DNA of 64,000 nt from the human T2T-CHM13v2.0 reference genome, Homo sapiens: the NCBI RefSeq assembly GCF_009914755.1, contig NC_060939.1, one strand, 5' to 3'. Each line of letters opens with the position of its first letter. Position 1 is the first letter of the stretch. The position numbers and the translations under genes are program-made. The notes beneath the pieces were generated by a model. The model made no database searches and had not been told where the DNA came from. It saw nothing but the letters and a program-made list of their open reading frames with translations. This document shows, piece after piece, positions 36,304-48,014 of the stretch.

Positions 36304-38225
36304 TGATATTTCTAATAGAATTCTAAATTCTTCAGGGATGGATTCCACACTCAGGCACCATAAATTATAAAGCAGATGGGGGAAGAAAACACACTCTGGT
36401 TTTCCTGTGGGGTTGTGAGAGGGTGCAGTGTCTGGAGATGTGCTTGTTTAGCAGAGACAAGCCAACTCAGTTGGCTGGGAAGGAAAGGGTCAAAAGGAGG
36501 CCATCACACAAATGTGTAGCCATGGAAAGCTAGCTGCTTTTAAGAGTTTAGGCAGAGATTGTAGGATGAGGACAGATTGAAAGCTTTCTGCCTAAGTTCA
36601 ATTATAGTGCTATTTTAATATTAGCTCTCTATGTGATCATTAGTCATCTTCAACAAAGCTAATGAGAAAAATGAGTAGAGAACAATAAATGGTTATTTAA
36701 AAGGAGTGAATTAGTAGAGATCAGGTCTGAGTTTCTTTCATATGGTGCATCATAGGTATTCAATAAATGCCAGTTGAATGAATGAACACTGTTGTTTTGG
36801 TTTGCCTGAGTTGTCCTCTTTTAACTATCCATTGATTCATTCAGCAGTATTGTGGGGCTTTTATTATTGTCAGAGATTTGTGGGCATTGAGTTGAAAAGA
36901 CACAGTCCTTGCCCTCAAGGATTGTATTGATACATGCACACATTAGCATGTAAACAAATAAGATTAATGTGATCATGGGGGGGATATTTAAGAGGGAGGG
37001 TTTCAGTCTGCTCAGGAATTAGCAAGGAGGAACTCACTGAGAGGGCAGCTTTTGATTTGAAATAGGGAAGGAATTTCTGGATGTTAATTTTATAAGAGCA
37101 CCACGTTCTAGGCAGAGGCAGAAGCAAGAGCAAAGACAAAAAAGCATGAAAACAATGAGTGATATGTATCAAGACAAAAAAATTCCTATTCCTTAACCCA
37201 ATTTTTCTTTTCTTAAACTATGTCCTAAAAATTCACTTTGAAATGTGAACTAAGATTTATGTGCAAAAATATCAATCACAGTATTATTTATAATTGGAAA
37301 TATTATAACCTGAAAAAGCTCAATAATAGGGAATGCTTGGTAAAAGTGATATGTTTCCATATCATATTATGAAGCAACACACAAAAATAGGTTAGGAACG
37401 ATGTTTGTTGTGGGAAACAGCTTATGATAAAATATTGACTAGAAAAAGTAAGTCTCAAAGTTCAGAGTGATATAATCTACATTCCCAGCAGCATATGAAT
37501 GTCCATTTAATTGAATCCTCACCAACAATAAATATTACCATTTTTCTAAATTTTTATTACTTTGATTTCTGAGATTGTTGTCTTGATCTCAATTGCATTT
37601 CTGTGATTATTGGATAGTTGAATATTTTTAAGAGTTTCTCTGTTTTTTATTTCCTCTTTGTGAATTACATATTCCCATTCTTCTGTTGTCTACTAAGATA
37701 TTAGTGTTCTCACCTTAAAAAACAAACTAGAGATAAAATATATAAACCAATGTTGATGGACATTAGGCAACGAAGGGCAGTGATTCCTGAGAGATAAGCC
37801 CTTAAATTCCCCCAGCTCATTGTCTTAGAGAGTTTCTAGATTGCAGTGCAGGGACAATGAACTGACTTGCAGCCCAGCAGACTCCCTGAGTTAAAGAAAC
37901 AGTTGGGAGACAGAGCTGAAGGCCTGGAGAAACCAAGGTGCATAGCATTTGTAGGACAGAGTCCTAGAAAGAAAGCTGCACAGAAGGAAAACTCTGGAGA
38001 TCTTCAGGGATTACCCTCAGGTATTTAGCTGGATATGCAAGCGTACTTATAGGGAAATTAGCCAAAGCCAAGGAAAGACCACCTGCAGGAAATGGAGGGA
38101 ACAATATCTGACACACACACAGGACTGGAAGTAGTACTTGGTTCTGAAAGACAGACTGGAAAACCTCATGACTCATGGGACATTGGATAAAGTACACAGG
38201 ATTTTTCCTCAGTAGGGAGGAATAA

Positions 38226-38552
38226 AGTCATCCCTCGATATTCATAGAGGATAGGTTACAAGACCTCTTGTAGATACCAAAATCTGTGGAGGCCCAAGTC
38301 CTTCATATAAAATATTGCAATAGTCGCATATAACTTATGCACTTCCTCCTGTATACTTTTAAATCTTTAAATTACTTATAATACCTACAAATGTAAATGC
38401 TATGTAAATAAGTTGTTAGACTGTATTGTTTAGGGAATAATGACAAGGAAAAATCTGTTCATATTCAGCACAGATGCAATTTTTAAAAATATATTTAATC
38501 CACAGTTGGTTGAATCCATGTGTGTGGAACCCATGAATACAGAGCTGACTGT
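38226..38552 (+). mobile_element. MER2
   Basis: 'gtcatccctcgatattc...gataccaaaatctgtggaggcccaagtcc...gttggttgaatccatg...gactg'. Confidence 0.88.
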
Positions 38553-39313
38553 TGTTACCTCTAGACTGAGCGTTAGCTGTAGACCAGGGCTCTGGTCCTG
38601 CCAAACAAATATTAAAAGCAAAACCTTGAATCATAGAACTACTTCCAAGTAAATTAGCTGCATCCCAAGTCAAAGCCTCAGAATATTTATTGGAACACAA
38701 AAATATTCAGCACTAAGTGAGGTAAAATCACAATGTGTAGAATCCAAGAAGAAATTATCAGGCATGCAAAGGAACAAGAAAGCACTACCCATGAGGAGGA
38801 GATAATTTATTCAATCAAAACCAGAACTGAGATAGATGTTATAATTATTAGGCAAGAACATTAAAGAGCTATTCTAACTATATTTCACATGTTCAAAAAT
38901 TAAGTAATGACACAGAAGATATAAGAAAAACCCAAATTGAACCTCTGGAGATGAAATCTACAGTGTGTAGGAGAAAAACACACTGGATTGAATTAAAGAA
39001 AATTAGATGTGGCAGAAGAGAAGATTAGTTTGAAAATACAGAAACAGAACATTTCCAAAATGAAACACACAGAGAAGAGATTTGAGAAGAAGAGAGCACT
39101 AGTGAACTATGGGACAACTTCAAGCAGCCCAGTACATATAATTTGAGCCACTGGGGAGAGGAGAAATAGGTAGGGACAGAAAAAAATATTTGAGGAAATA
39201 AAGGCTTAAATCTCTGAGATACAATAAAAATGATAGGGACACAGGAAACCATGTGCATAAGAAACATGAAAAAAACGACTTCAAGGAAAATCATAATTAA
39301 ACTTCTCAAAACC

Positions 39314-39653
<340 letters not shown>

Positions 39654-40505
39654 TCAAAGCACCCAGGAAAGGAAAAAAGATGCATTATGTACACAGAAAC
39701 AAAAATAAGAATCTAACAGATTTCTTGTTGGAAACAATGCAAGTGAAAAAACAATGGTGCAGCATTTTTGAAGTATGGAATTCTGTACTCAGTGAAAATA
39801 GCTTTTAAAACTGCTGATGAAATAAAGACTTTTCGGACATACAAAAACTAAAAGACATCATCAACAGCAGACTCTCACGCCAAGAAATATTAAAAGAAAA
39901 CTTTAGGCAGAAGGAAAATGATACGAGTGGAAAGATGTATCTATTCAAAAGACCAAGGAGCACTAGAAATGGTAACATGAGTAAATATATTTGATTTTAG
40001 ATTATTATTTTAGTCTCTTTAAAAATAGCTAAGTATTTAAATAAAGGTAATCTCAATGTAGTCTGGAGTTTATATTTTTTGTAAAATTAAAATATATGAC
40101 AACAAGAGCACAAAGATCAGGAAGAGAGAAATAAAAGTATTCTATTGTAAGTGTCTTATGTATTAAATGGTATATTAACAATTAAATGTAGACTATGATA
40201 ATTTGAAAACGTACACTAAAGCAACCACTAAAACAGTTAAGAGTTACGGCTAATGAGTTGACAAGAAGGTAAATTGTTATAAAAACATTCAATTCATCCA
40301 AAAGAAGCCAGGAAAAGAGAAAAAGGTAGTTGAAGGACAGGTGTCACAAATAGACAAAAAATTAACAGGAATGTAGACTTAAACCTAACCATAACTCCTG
40401 AGTGGAGTTCCTCTCCACTCAGATGTCAATGTTGCATACTCTATGTAAGGGCAAATATATAATCATATTGATAAACAAGTTACTCAATTCTGCTGCATAT
40501 AAGAA

Positions 40506-40948
40506 CCACAATTCACAATTGCAAGAATATAGAACCAGCCCAAATGCCCACCAATCAACAAATGGATAAAGAAATTGTGGTATAAATATACCGTGGGATA
40601 CCACTTAGCCATAAAAAGAAACAAAATAGTGGCATTCACAACAACCTAGATGAAATTGGTGACTATTATTCTAAGTGAAGTAACTCAAGAATAAAAAACC
40701 AAACATCTTATGTTCTCACTCGTAAGTGGGAGCCAAGCTGTGAGTGTGCAAAGTCATAAGAATGTTAAAATGGACTTTGGAGACTTGGGGAAAGGGTGGG
40801 AGGAGTGTAAGGGATAAAAGACTACGCATTGGGTACAGTGTGCAGTGCTCAGGTGATGGTGCACCAAAATCTCAGAAATCACCATTAAAGAACTTATTCA
40901 TGTAATCATCACCTGTTCTCCAAAAACCTATTGAAATAAAAAAATTAA
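40506..40948 (+). mobile_element. 5'-truncated L1PB1-like 3' end
   Basis: L1PB-type 3'UTR. 20-bp TSD aatt(c/g)tgctgcatataagaa at 40486-40505 and 40949-40968. Confidence 0.88.
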
Positions 40949-41938
40949 AATTGTGCTGCATATAAGAAACACACTTAAAATTTTTTATTGGTATATAGTA
41001 ATTATACATGTTTATAGAGCACATGTGATATTTTGATACATTCACACAATGTGTAATGATAAAATCAGAGTGTTTAGGATATCCATCACCTTGGGCAGTT
41101 ATCATTTCTTTGTGTTGGGAATATTTCAAATCTTCTAGTTATTTTGAAATAGATATCGTTGTTACCTATCATCACTTCACTATGCTATTGAACACTGGAA
41201 TCTATTCCTTCTATCTAACTGTGTTTGTACCCACATTAACCGATTTCTCTTCTCCCTTCCCCACTCCCAGCCTCTGGTAACTATCATTCGACTTTCATCC
41301 CCATGAGATCAACTTTTTAGCTCAGACATGTGACTGAGAAAAATGTGAGTGGTAGTTGTCTGTGTCTCGCTTATTTCACTTAACATAATGACCTTCAGAT
41401 CCATCCATGTTGCTGCAAATGACAGGATTTCATTCTTGTTTAATGGTGGACTAGTATTCCATTATGGATATAGACCACATTTAAAAAATCCATTTATCTG
41501 TTGATAAACACTTAGGTTGATTCCATATCTTGGCTCTTGCGAATAGTGCTGCAATAAACATGGGAAGCAGGTATCTCTTTAATATACTGATTTCCTTTCT
41601 TTTGGTTAAATATTCAATAGCGTGATTACTGGATTGCATGATAGTCCTATTTTTAGTTTTTTTTCAAAACCTGCATATTGTTTTCTATAATGGCTGTATA
41701 AATTTAGATTCTGACTAACAGGCTATACGAGTTCCCTTTTCTCCACATCCTTGCCAGCATCTGTTATTTTTTTGTCTTTTTGATAACAGCCATTCTAACT
41801 AAAGTAAGATGATATCTCATTGCGGTTTTGATTTGTGTTTTCTTGGTGATTCGTGATAGTGAGCATTTTTTCATATATCTGTTGGCCACCTGTATGTCTT
41901 CTTTTGAGAAATGTCTATTTAGATCCTTTGCCCACTTT

Positions 41939-42020
41939 ATTATTATCATTTTCTCCATTTAAGCTGTTGGCATTCATCAATACTCTCAGATGTCTCTACC
42001 AACATAGGCTTCATCAGAAA
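41939..42020 (-). pseudogene. SNORD74: Retrocopy of box C/D snoRNA SNORD74 (U74, GAS5-hosted) inserted in the L1MA
   Basis: Minus strand tctgatgaagcctatgttggtagagacatctgagagtattgatgaatgccaacagcttaaatgg closely matches U74 as recalled (TCTGATGAAGCCTGTGTTGGTAGGGACATCTGAGAGTAATGATGAATGCCAACCGCTCTGATGG). A-rich tail. 14-bp TSD cctttg(cc/tc)(c/t)acttt at 41925-41938 and 42021-42034. Confidence 0.85.
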
Positions 42021-43350
42021 CCTTTGTCTACTTTTTAATGGAATTATATGTTTTCTTGCTATTGAATTGGGTTCCTTGTATATTCTGGTTATTAGTCCCC
42101 CGCCAGAGAGTTTGCAAATATTTTTTTTTTCATTCAGCAGGTTGTCTCTTCATTCTGCTGATTGTTTCCTTTTCTGTGCAGAAGCTTTTTCGTTTAATGT
42201 AGTCCCATTTGTCTGTTTGTGTTTTTGTTGCCTGTGCTTTTGAGATCTTAGCCATAAAATCTTTAACCAGACCAACCTTCTGAAGAATTTCTCCAGTGTT
42301 TTCTTCTAGTAGTTTCATAGTTTTGGGTTTTATATTTAAGTCTTTAATCCATTCTGTGTTGATTTTTGTATGTGCCGAGAGGTAGGGGTCTAGTTTCACT
42401 CTTCTGCATGTGGATATCCAGTTTTCCCATCATCATTTATTGAAGAGGGTGTCCTTTCCCCAAAGGATGTTGTTGGTGCTTTTTTCAAAAATCAATTGGC
42501 TACAAATAGGTGAATATCTTTCTGGGTTTTCTGTTCTGCTGTGCTGGTCTGTATGTCTGTTTCTATGGTAGTACCATGCTGATTTGGTTGCTATAGCTTT
42601 GTATTATATTTTGAAGGCAGGTAGTGTAATGCCTCCAGCTTTGTTCATTTTGCTTAGGATTGCTTCGGCTATTTTGGGTGTTTTGTGGTTTCATATGAAT
42701 TTTGGAGGTTTTTCTCTATTTCTGTGAAGGATGTCATTGGTATTTTGATGGGGGTTGCATTGAATCTGTAGATTGCTTTGGAGTAGTATAGTCTCAAGAT
42801 TAATTTTAACAATATCAATTCTTTCAATCCATGAGCATGGGTGTCTTTCCATTTGTTTGTGTCCTTTTCAATTTCTTCATCAGTGTTTTGTAGTTTTCCT
42901 TCTAGAGGTCTTTCACCTATTGGTTAAATTTATTTCTAGGCATTTTGTTATTTTTTGTAGCTATTGTAAATGGGATTGCTTTTTTGATTTATTTTTCAGC
43001 TAGTTTCTTATTAGTGATAGAAATACTACTGATATTTGTTGATTTTGTATCCTGAGACTTTACTGAATTCAGTGATCAGTTCTAAGAGTTTTTTTGGTGT
43101 AGTCTTGGTTTTTCTAAATATAATAAGATCACGTTATATAAAAAGAGAGACAATTTGACTTTCTGTTTTCCAATTTAAGTGCCTTTTATTTCTTTCTCTT
43201 GCTAGAGATTGTTCCGGCTAGAACTGTCAGTACTATGTTGAGTATGAATAGTGATAGTGGGCATTGTTGTCTTGTTCCAGTTCTCAGAGGAAATTCTCTC
43301 AGCTTTTCTCCATTTATTATGATACTAGCTGGGTTTGTCACATGTGGCTT

Positions 43351-43400
43351 TTATTATGTTTCTTATGTTTTATTATGTTTCTTATGTTTTATTATGTTTC
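43351..43400. repeat. Short tandem repeat, 19-bp unit ttattatgtttcttatgtt x ~2.5
   Basis: Directly visible. Confidence 0.8.
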
Positions 43401-46400
43401 TACTATGCCTAATTTGTTAAGAGGTTTTTATCATGAAGGAATGTTCAATTTTATGAAATGCCTTTTCTACATCTTTTGGGAAGACTGTATGGTTTTTATC
43501 TTCCATTCTGTTTATATGATATGTCACAGTTATTGATTTGTATATGTTGAACCATCCTTGCACTCCTGGGTTAAATCCCCCTTGATCATGGTATATTATC
43601 TTTTTGATGTGTTGTTGGTTTGCTAGTATTTTGTTTGCTATATTTTGTTGAGGACTTTTGCATCTATGTTCATTAGGGATATTGATCTATAGGTTTCTTT
43701 TTTTGTTGTATCCTTGTTTCGTTTCAGTATTAGGGTAATGCTGGTTTTGTAGAATGAGTTAGGAAGAATTCCCTCCTCTTTAATTTTTTGGAGTAATTCT
43801 AGAAAAATTGGTGTTAGTACTTCCTTATAAGTTTGGTAGAATTCATCAGTAAAGTCATCTGGTCCTGAGTTTTTGTTGTTGTTGTTGTTGTTAGGGGACT
43901 TTTTATTACTCATTCAATCTTGTACTCATTATTATTCTGTTCAGATTTCCTATTTCTTCCTGGTTCAATCTTGGTAGATTGTATGTATCCAGGGATTCAT
44001 CATTTTCCTCTAGGTTTTCTGATTTGCTAGCATATAGTTGTTCATAATAGCATCTAATTATTCTTTGTACTTCTGTGGTATCAGGAGTAATACCTCCTGT
44101 GTCATTTCTGACTTTATTTATTTGGGTCTTCTCTCTTTTTTGTTAGTCAGTTAGCAGTTTATTGATTTTATTTATTTTTTAAAAACTTCATTTCATTGAT
44201 CCTTTGTATTTTTTTAGTCTCTATTTCATTTAGTTCTGCTCTGATCTTTATTATTCCTTTCTTTCTACTAATTTTGGGTTTGGTTTGTTCTTGCTTTTCT
44301 AGTTCCTTGAGGTGCATCACTAAATTGTTTATTTGAAATTTTCTACTTTTTTGACATAGTCACTTTTTTGCTATAAACTTCTCTTAGCACCACTTTTACT
44401 GTATTCCACAGATTTTGGTATGTTGTAATTTTACTTTCATTTATTTCAAGAATTTTCAAATTTCCTTCTCAGTGTCTTCCTTGACTCAATGGCCATTCAA
44501 GAGCATGTTGTTTAATTTCACGTATTTCCATATTTCCTTTTATTATTGAGTTCTAGTTTTATTCCACTGTGATCTGAAAAGATACTTGATAGGATTTTGA
44601 TGCTTAAAATTTACTGAGATTAATTTTGTGGCCTAACATATGGTCTGTCCTGGGGAATGTTCCATGTGCTGATGAGAGGAATGTGTATTCTGTAGCTGTT
44701 TGGTGAAATGTTCTGTAAATGTTAGGTCTACGTGTTCTCAGGTGCAGTCTAAATCCAATGTTTTTTTGCTGATTTTCTGTCTAGATTATCTGTCCAGTGC
44801 TGAAAGTGAGGTGTTGAATTCCCCAACTATTATTGAATTGGAGTCTATCTCTCCAGTAAGGTCAATGGTGGGTAGAGCAGGTTAATCTCCAAGTTCCCTG
44901 ATTGTGCTAGCATGGGGAATGATGCCAGGTGAGGCAGAACTGTCCTGAAGCCTGCTGATGGTGCACATAAGCACCCAAACTGGCAAGCATTATTGATGTG
45001 TAGGTCCCTAGATGGTGTGGTCATGGTGGTGGCAGTGGTGAGGACAGGCTTGTCTTCAGGCCCCAGGAAGGCTCCCAGACAGACCAGACTCCAAGCCTGC
45101 TGAAAGCACATGCATGTGCAGAGTGTCTGTGTCTGGGGATGCAAGGTTGCTGTCAGTGGCAGCAGCCCCAGTCAGGTGGCTCTCAGGTTCCGGGGAGTGC
45201 ATGCTTCAGCTCCCTTTGTCCTGGAGAAAGCTTCCCTGGTGCACTGCACTGCCATTCACTAGGGTGTAGAACACCGCGTGGGCTAGAGTGCTGGGGACCT
45301 GGCTGCAATGCTGGGTCCAGCCAGCCTACTTGGTGGACATGAGGAAATATCAGTGGGGCTCCATGGATGTGGAAATTCAGGGGCTGTTGGGCCCCAGGGC
45401 AGGATATCATCTGGTGGGGCCTGGGCTCTTAAAATGGCTGTGTGCTGCAGCTGCTTGGGTCTGGGGAGTGTGTGGGATCCAGCCTAAACTACATCTCTGG
45501 AACAATGTCATGGTATGAACTCTAGGCAGCTTCATATACTAGTTTCAGGGCCCATGAGGGCTGAGGGGCTCTCCTGTGGCTAGGATTGCAGGAGTCTGTG
45601 GGAATGTGGAGTCCTGGGGATCCTTTGCTCACCTTTTCCCTGCATTGTGGAGTTTCTTCTGACACAGAGCTGTTCTTAATCCTGGCCAGGCTAGATGCTT
45701 AGCTTCCCTCTCCTTCCATGCCTCAGAGATTCCCTGGGTGCCTCCAGGTAGCCATCTTGAAGTCTCTCCACTCAGAGCTGTGTATAAACACATTTTAAAT
45801 ATAAAGACTTGAGTGGGTTAAAAGTAAAAGGATGAAAAAGATATACCAAGCTAATGATAATCAAAAGAAAGCTAGGAAGCTTTTTCTAATATCAAATAAA
45901 GTAGCTTTCAGAGCATAGCATATTGCCAGGTATAAAAAGGTAATTCCGTAATAGTAAAGGGTCAGTTTATTAGGAACAAACAAAAGTCCTAAATGTTTAC
46001 CTAATAACAGAGCTTCAAAATAATTGACGTAAAAACTGATAGAACTGCAAGGAAAAATAGATAGATCCATGACTTTAGTTGGAGATTTTAATAACCCTTT
46101 CTGAATAATTGATAGAATAAGTAGAGAGAAAATCAGTAAGAATATAGATGATTTAAATAACACTATCAATGAATGTGGCTTAACTGATATTCATAGGATA
46201 CTTTACCCACCTACAGCAGACTATACATTCTTTTCAACTGCAATGGAATTTTTACAAAGATAGATAATATTATGAACCATAAAGCCAGTCACAATGAATT
46301 TATAAGAATTCAAATGATATTGAGTATGTTCTATGACCACAAGGAAATTAAATTATCAACAACAGAAAGGTTTCTGTAAGAGTCCCCAAAATTTGAAAAT

Positions 46401-46762
46401 TAAATAATGTACTTCTAAAGGAACTATAGGTCAAAGAAGAAATCAAAAGTGAAACTAGAAAGTATCTTGAACTGAATGAAATGAGTATAGCATATTAAAA
46501 TCTCTGGGATGCCACATTCTTGGGGGAAATTTATAGACCAGTAGGCACATATCAGAAAAGAAGAAAGATGGAATCTCTAATCAACAACCTCAGCTTCCAC
46601 CATAAGAAAGGATAAAAAGAAGACTGAAATATAAAGTAAGTAAAATGAAGGAAATAAGAAAAATCAGAATAGAAATAAATAATATTACAAATAGAAAAAC
46701 AATAAGCAATTCAATCAAAAGTTGGTTCTTTGAGATCAATAAAATTGATAAAACTTCATTCC

Positions 46763-47139
<377 letters not shown>

Positions 47140-47637
47140 CTACAATTTCTGTAGATATGCAAAGGATAACAAGGAAATACTACGAACAACTTTGTGCCAA
47201 TAAATTGGACAACTTAGATGAAATGGAAAAATTTCTTGAGAGACATAACTATCAAAGCTCACCCAAGAAGAAAAAGATAACCTATATAGCCCTATATTTG
47301 GTAATTGAATTGAATGTATGGTTAAATTATCCCCACAAAGAAAAGTCTAGGTTTAGATAAGTTCCCTGGCGAATTCTACCAAACATTTAAAAATAAATAA
47401 TAAAAATTCTGTACAAACTCTTGGAGAAAATTTAAGAAGAGACAATATTTTCTAACTTATTCAATGAAGCCAGCGTTACCCTGATACCAAAAGCAGGCAA
47501 AGACTTTACAAAGAAGGAAAACTTCCAACCAATATCTCTCTTTTTTAAAATATTCATACAATGGAATTTTATTCAGCCATAGAAAGGAATGACATTCTGA
47601 CACATGCTACAACATGAGTAAACTTTGCAAACATCCC

Positions 47638-48014
47638 TGACTGACGAGGGGCTCCTGGGCTCTCAATGCAATAGAAATTGACATGGGGCCAAAGGCTTTT
47701 CCCAGACAAAGCATGCGAAGGGTAGAGGATATAGGTTAGCATCATCTGGTTGTGATGATTATCTTGAGTAATGGGCCACCTGGTGGTCTGGCCAGCAGCA
47801 ACAAGGCTGTAAATCAATTAATTATTCAGCATTCCCTCCCAAGATGGGGCACTCTGCAATCTTGATTCCTTATTTTGGATCTCCTAAGGCCAGTTCCTGG
47901 AATTGTTTAAGTAAAAGACATGGTTAAGCATTATGAGAGCACAGAAGAACAATATAGAAAGGCCATTTTCTTTGTATGACTAAAGCCTCGAGGTTAGCAG
48001 GTATGGTGTTGACA
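47638..48014 (-). mobile_element. Solo LTR (LTR55-like) with internal deletion
   Basis: Non-L1 segment inside L1 ORF2. Minus strand starts tgtcaacaccatacctgctaacc. Family assigned from memory. Confidence 0.55.
47772..47791 (-). promoter_or_regulatory. Candidate CTCF motif
   Basis: Minus strand ccagaccaccaggtggccca fits the CTCF core CCASYAGRKGGC. Motif only; binding not shown. Confidence 0.5.

Larger units (their letters stand above)
40980..45785 (-). mobile_element. L1MA (L1MA2/3-like): 5'UTR joined directly to ORF2, ORF1 missing
   Basis: Reverse ORF2 remnants (ORFs 41764, 42130, 43638). GC-rich 5'UTR 44855-45765 begins gagacttcaagatggct on the minus strand. Approximate TSD aaacaca(c/t)tt at 40967 and 45786. 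Confidence 0.85.
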
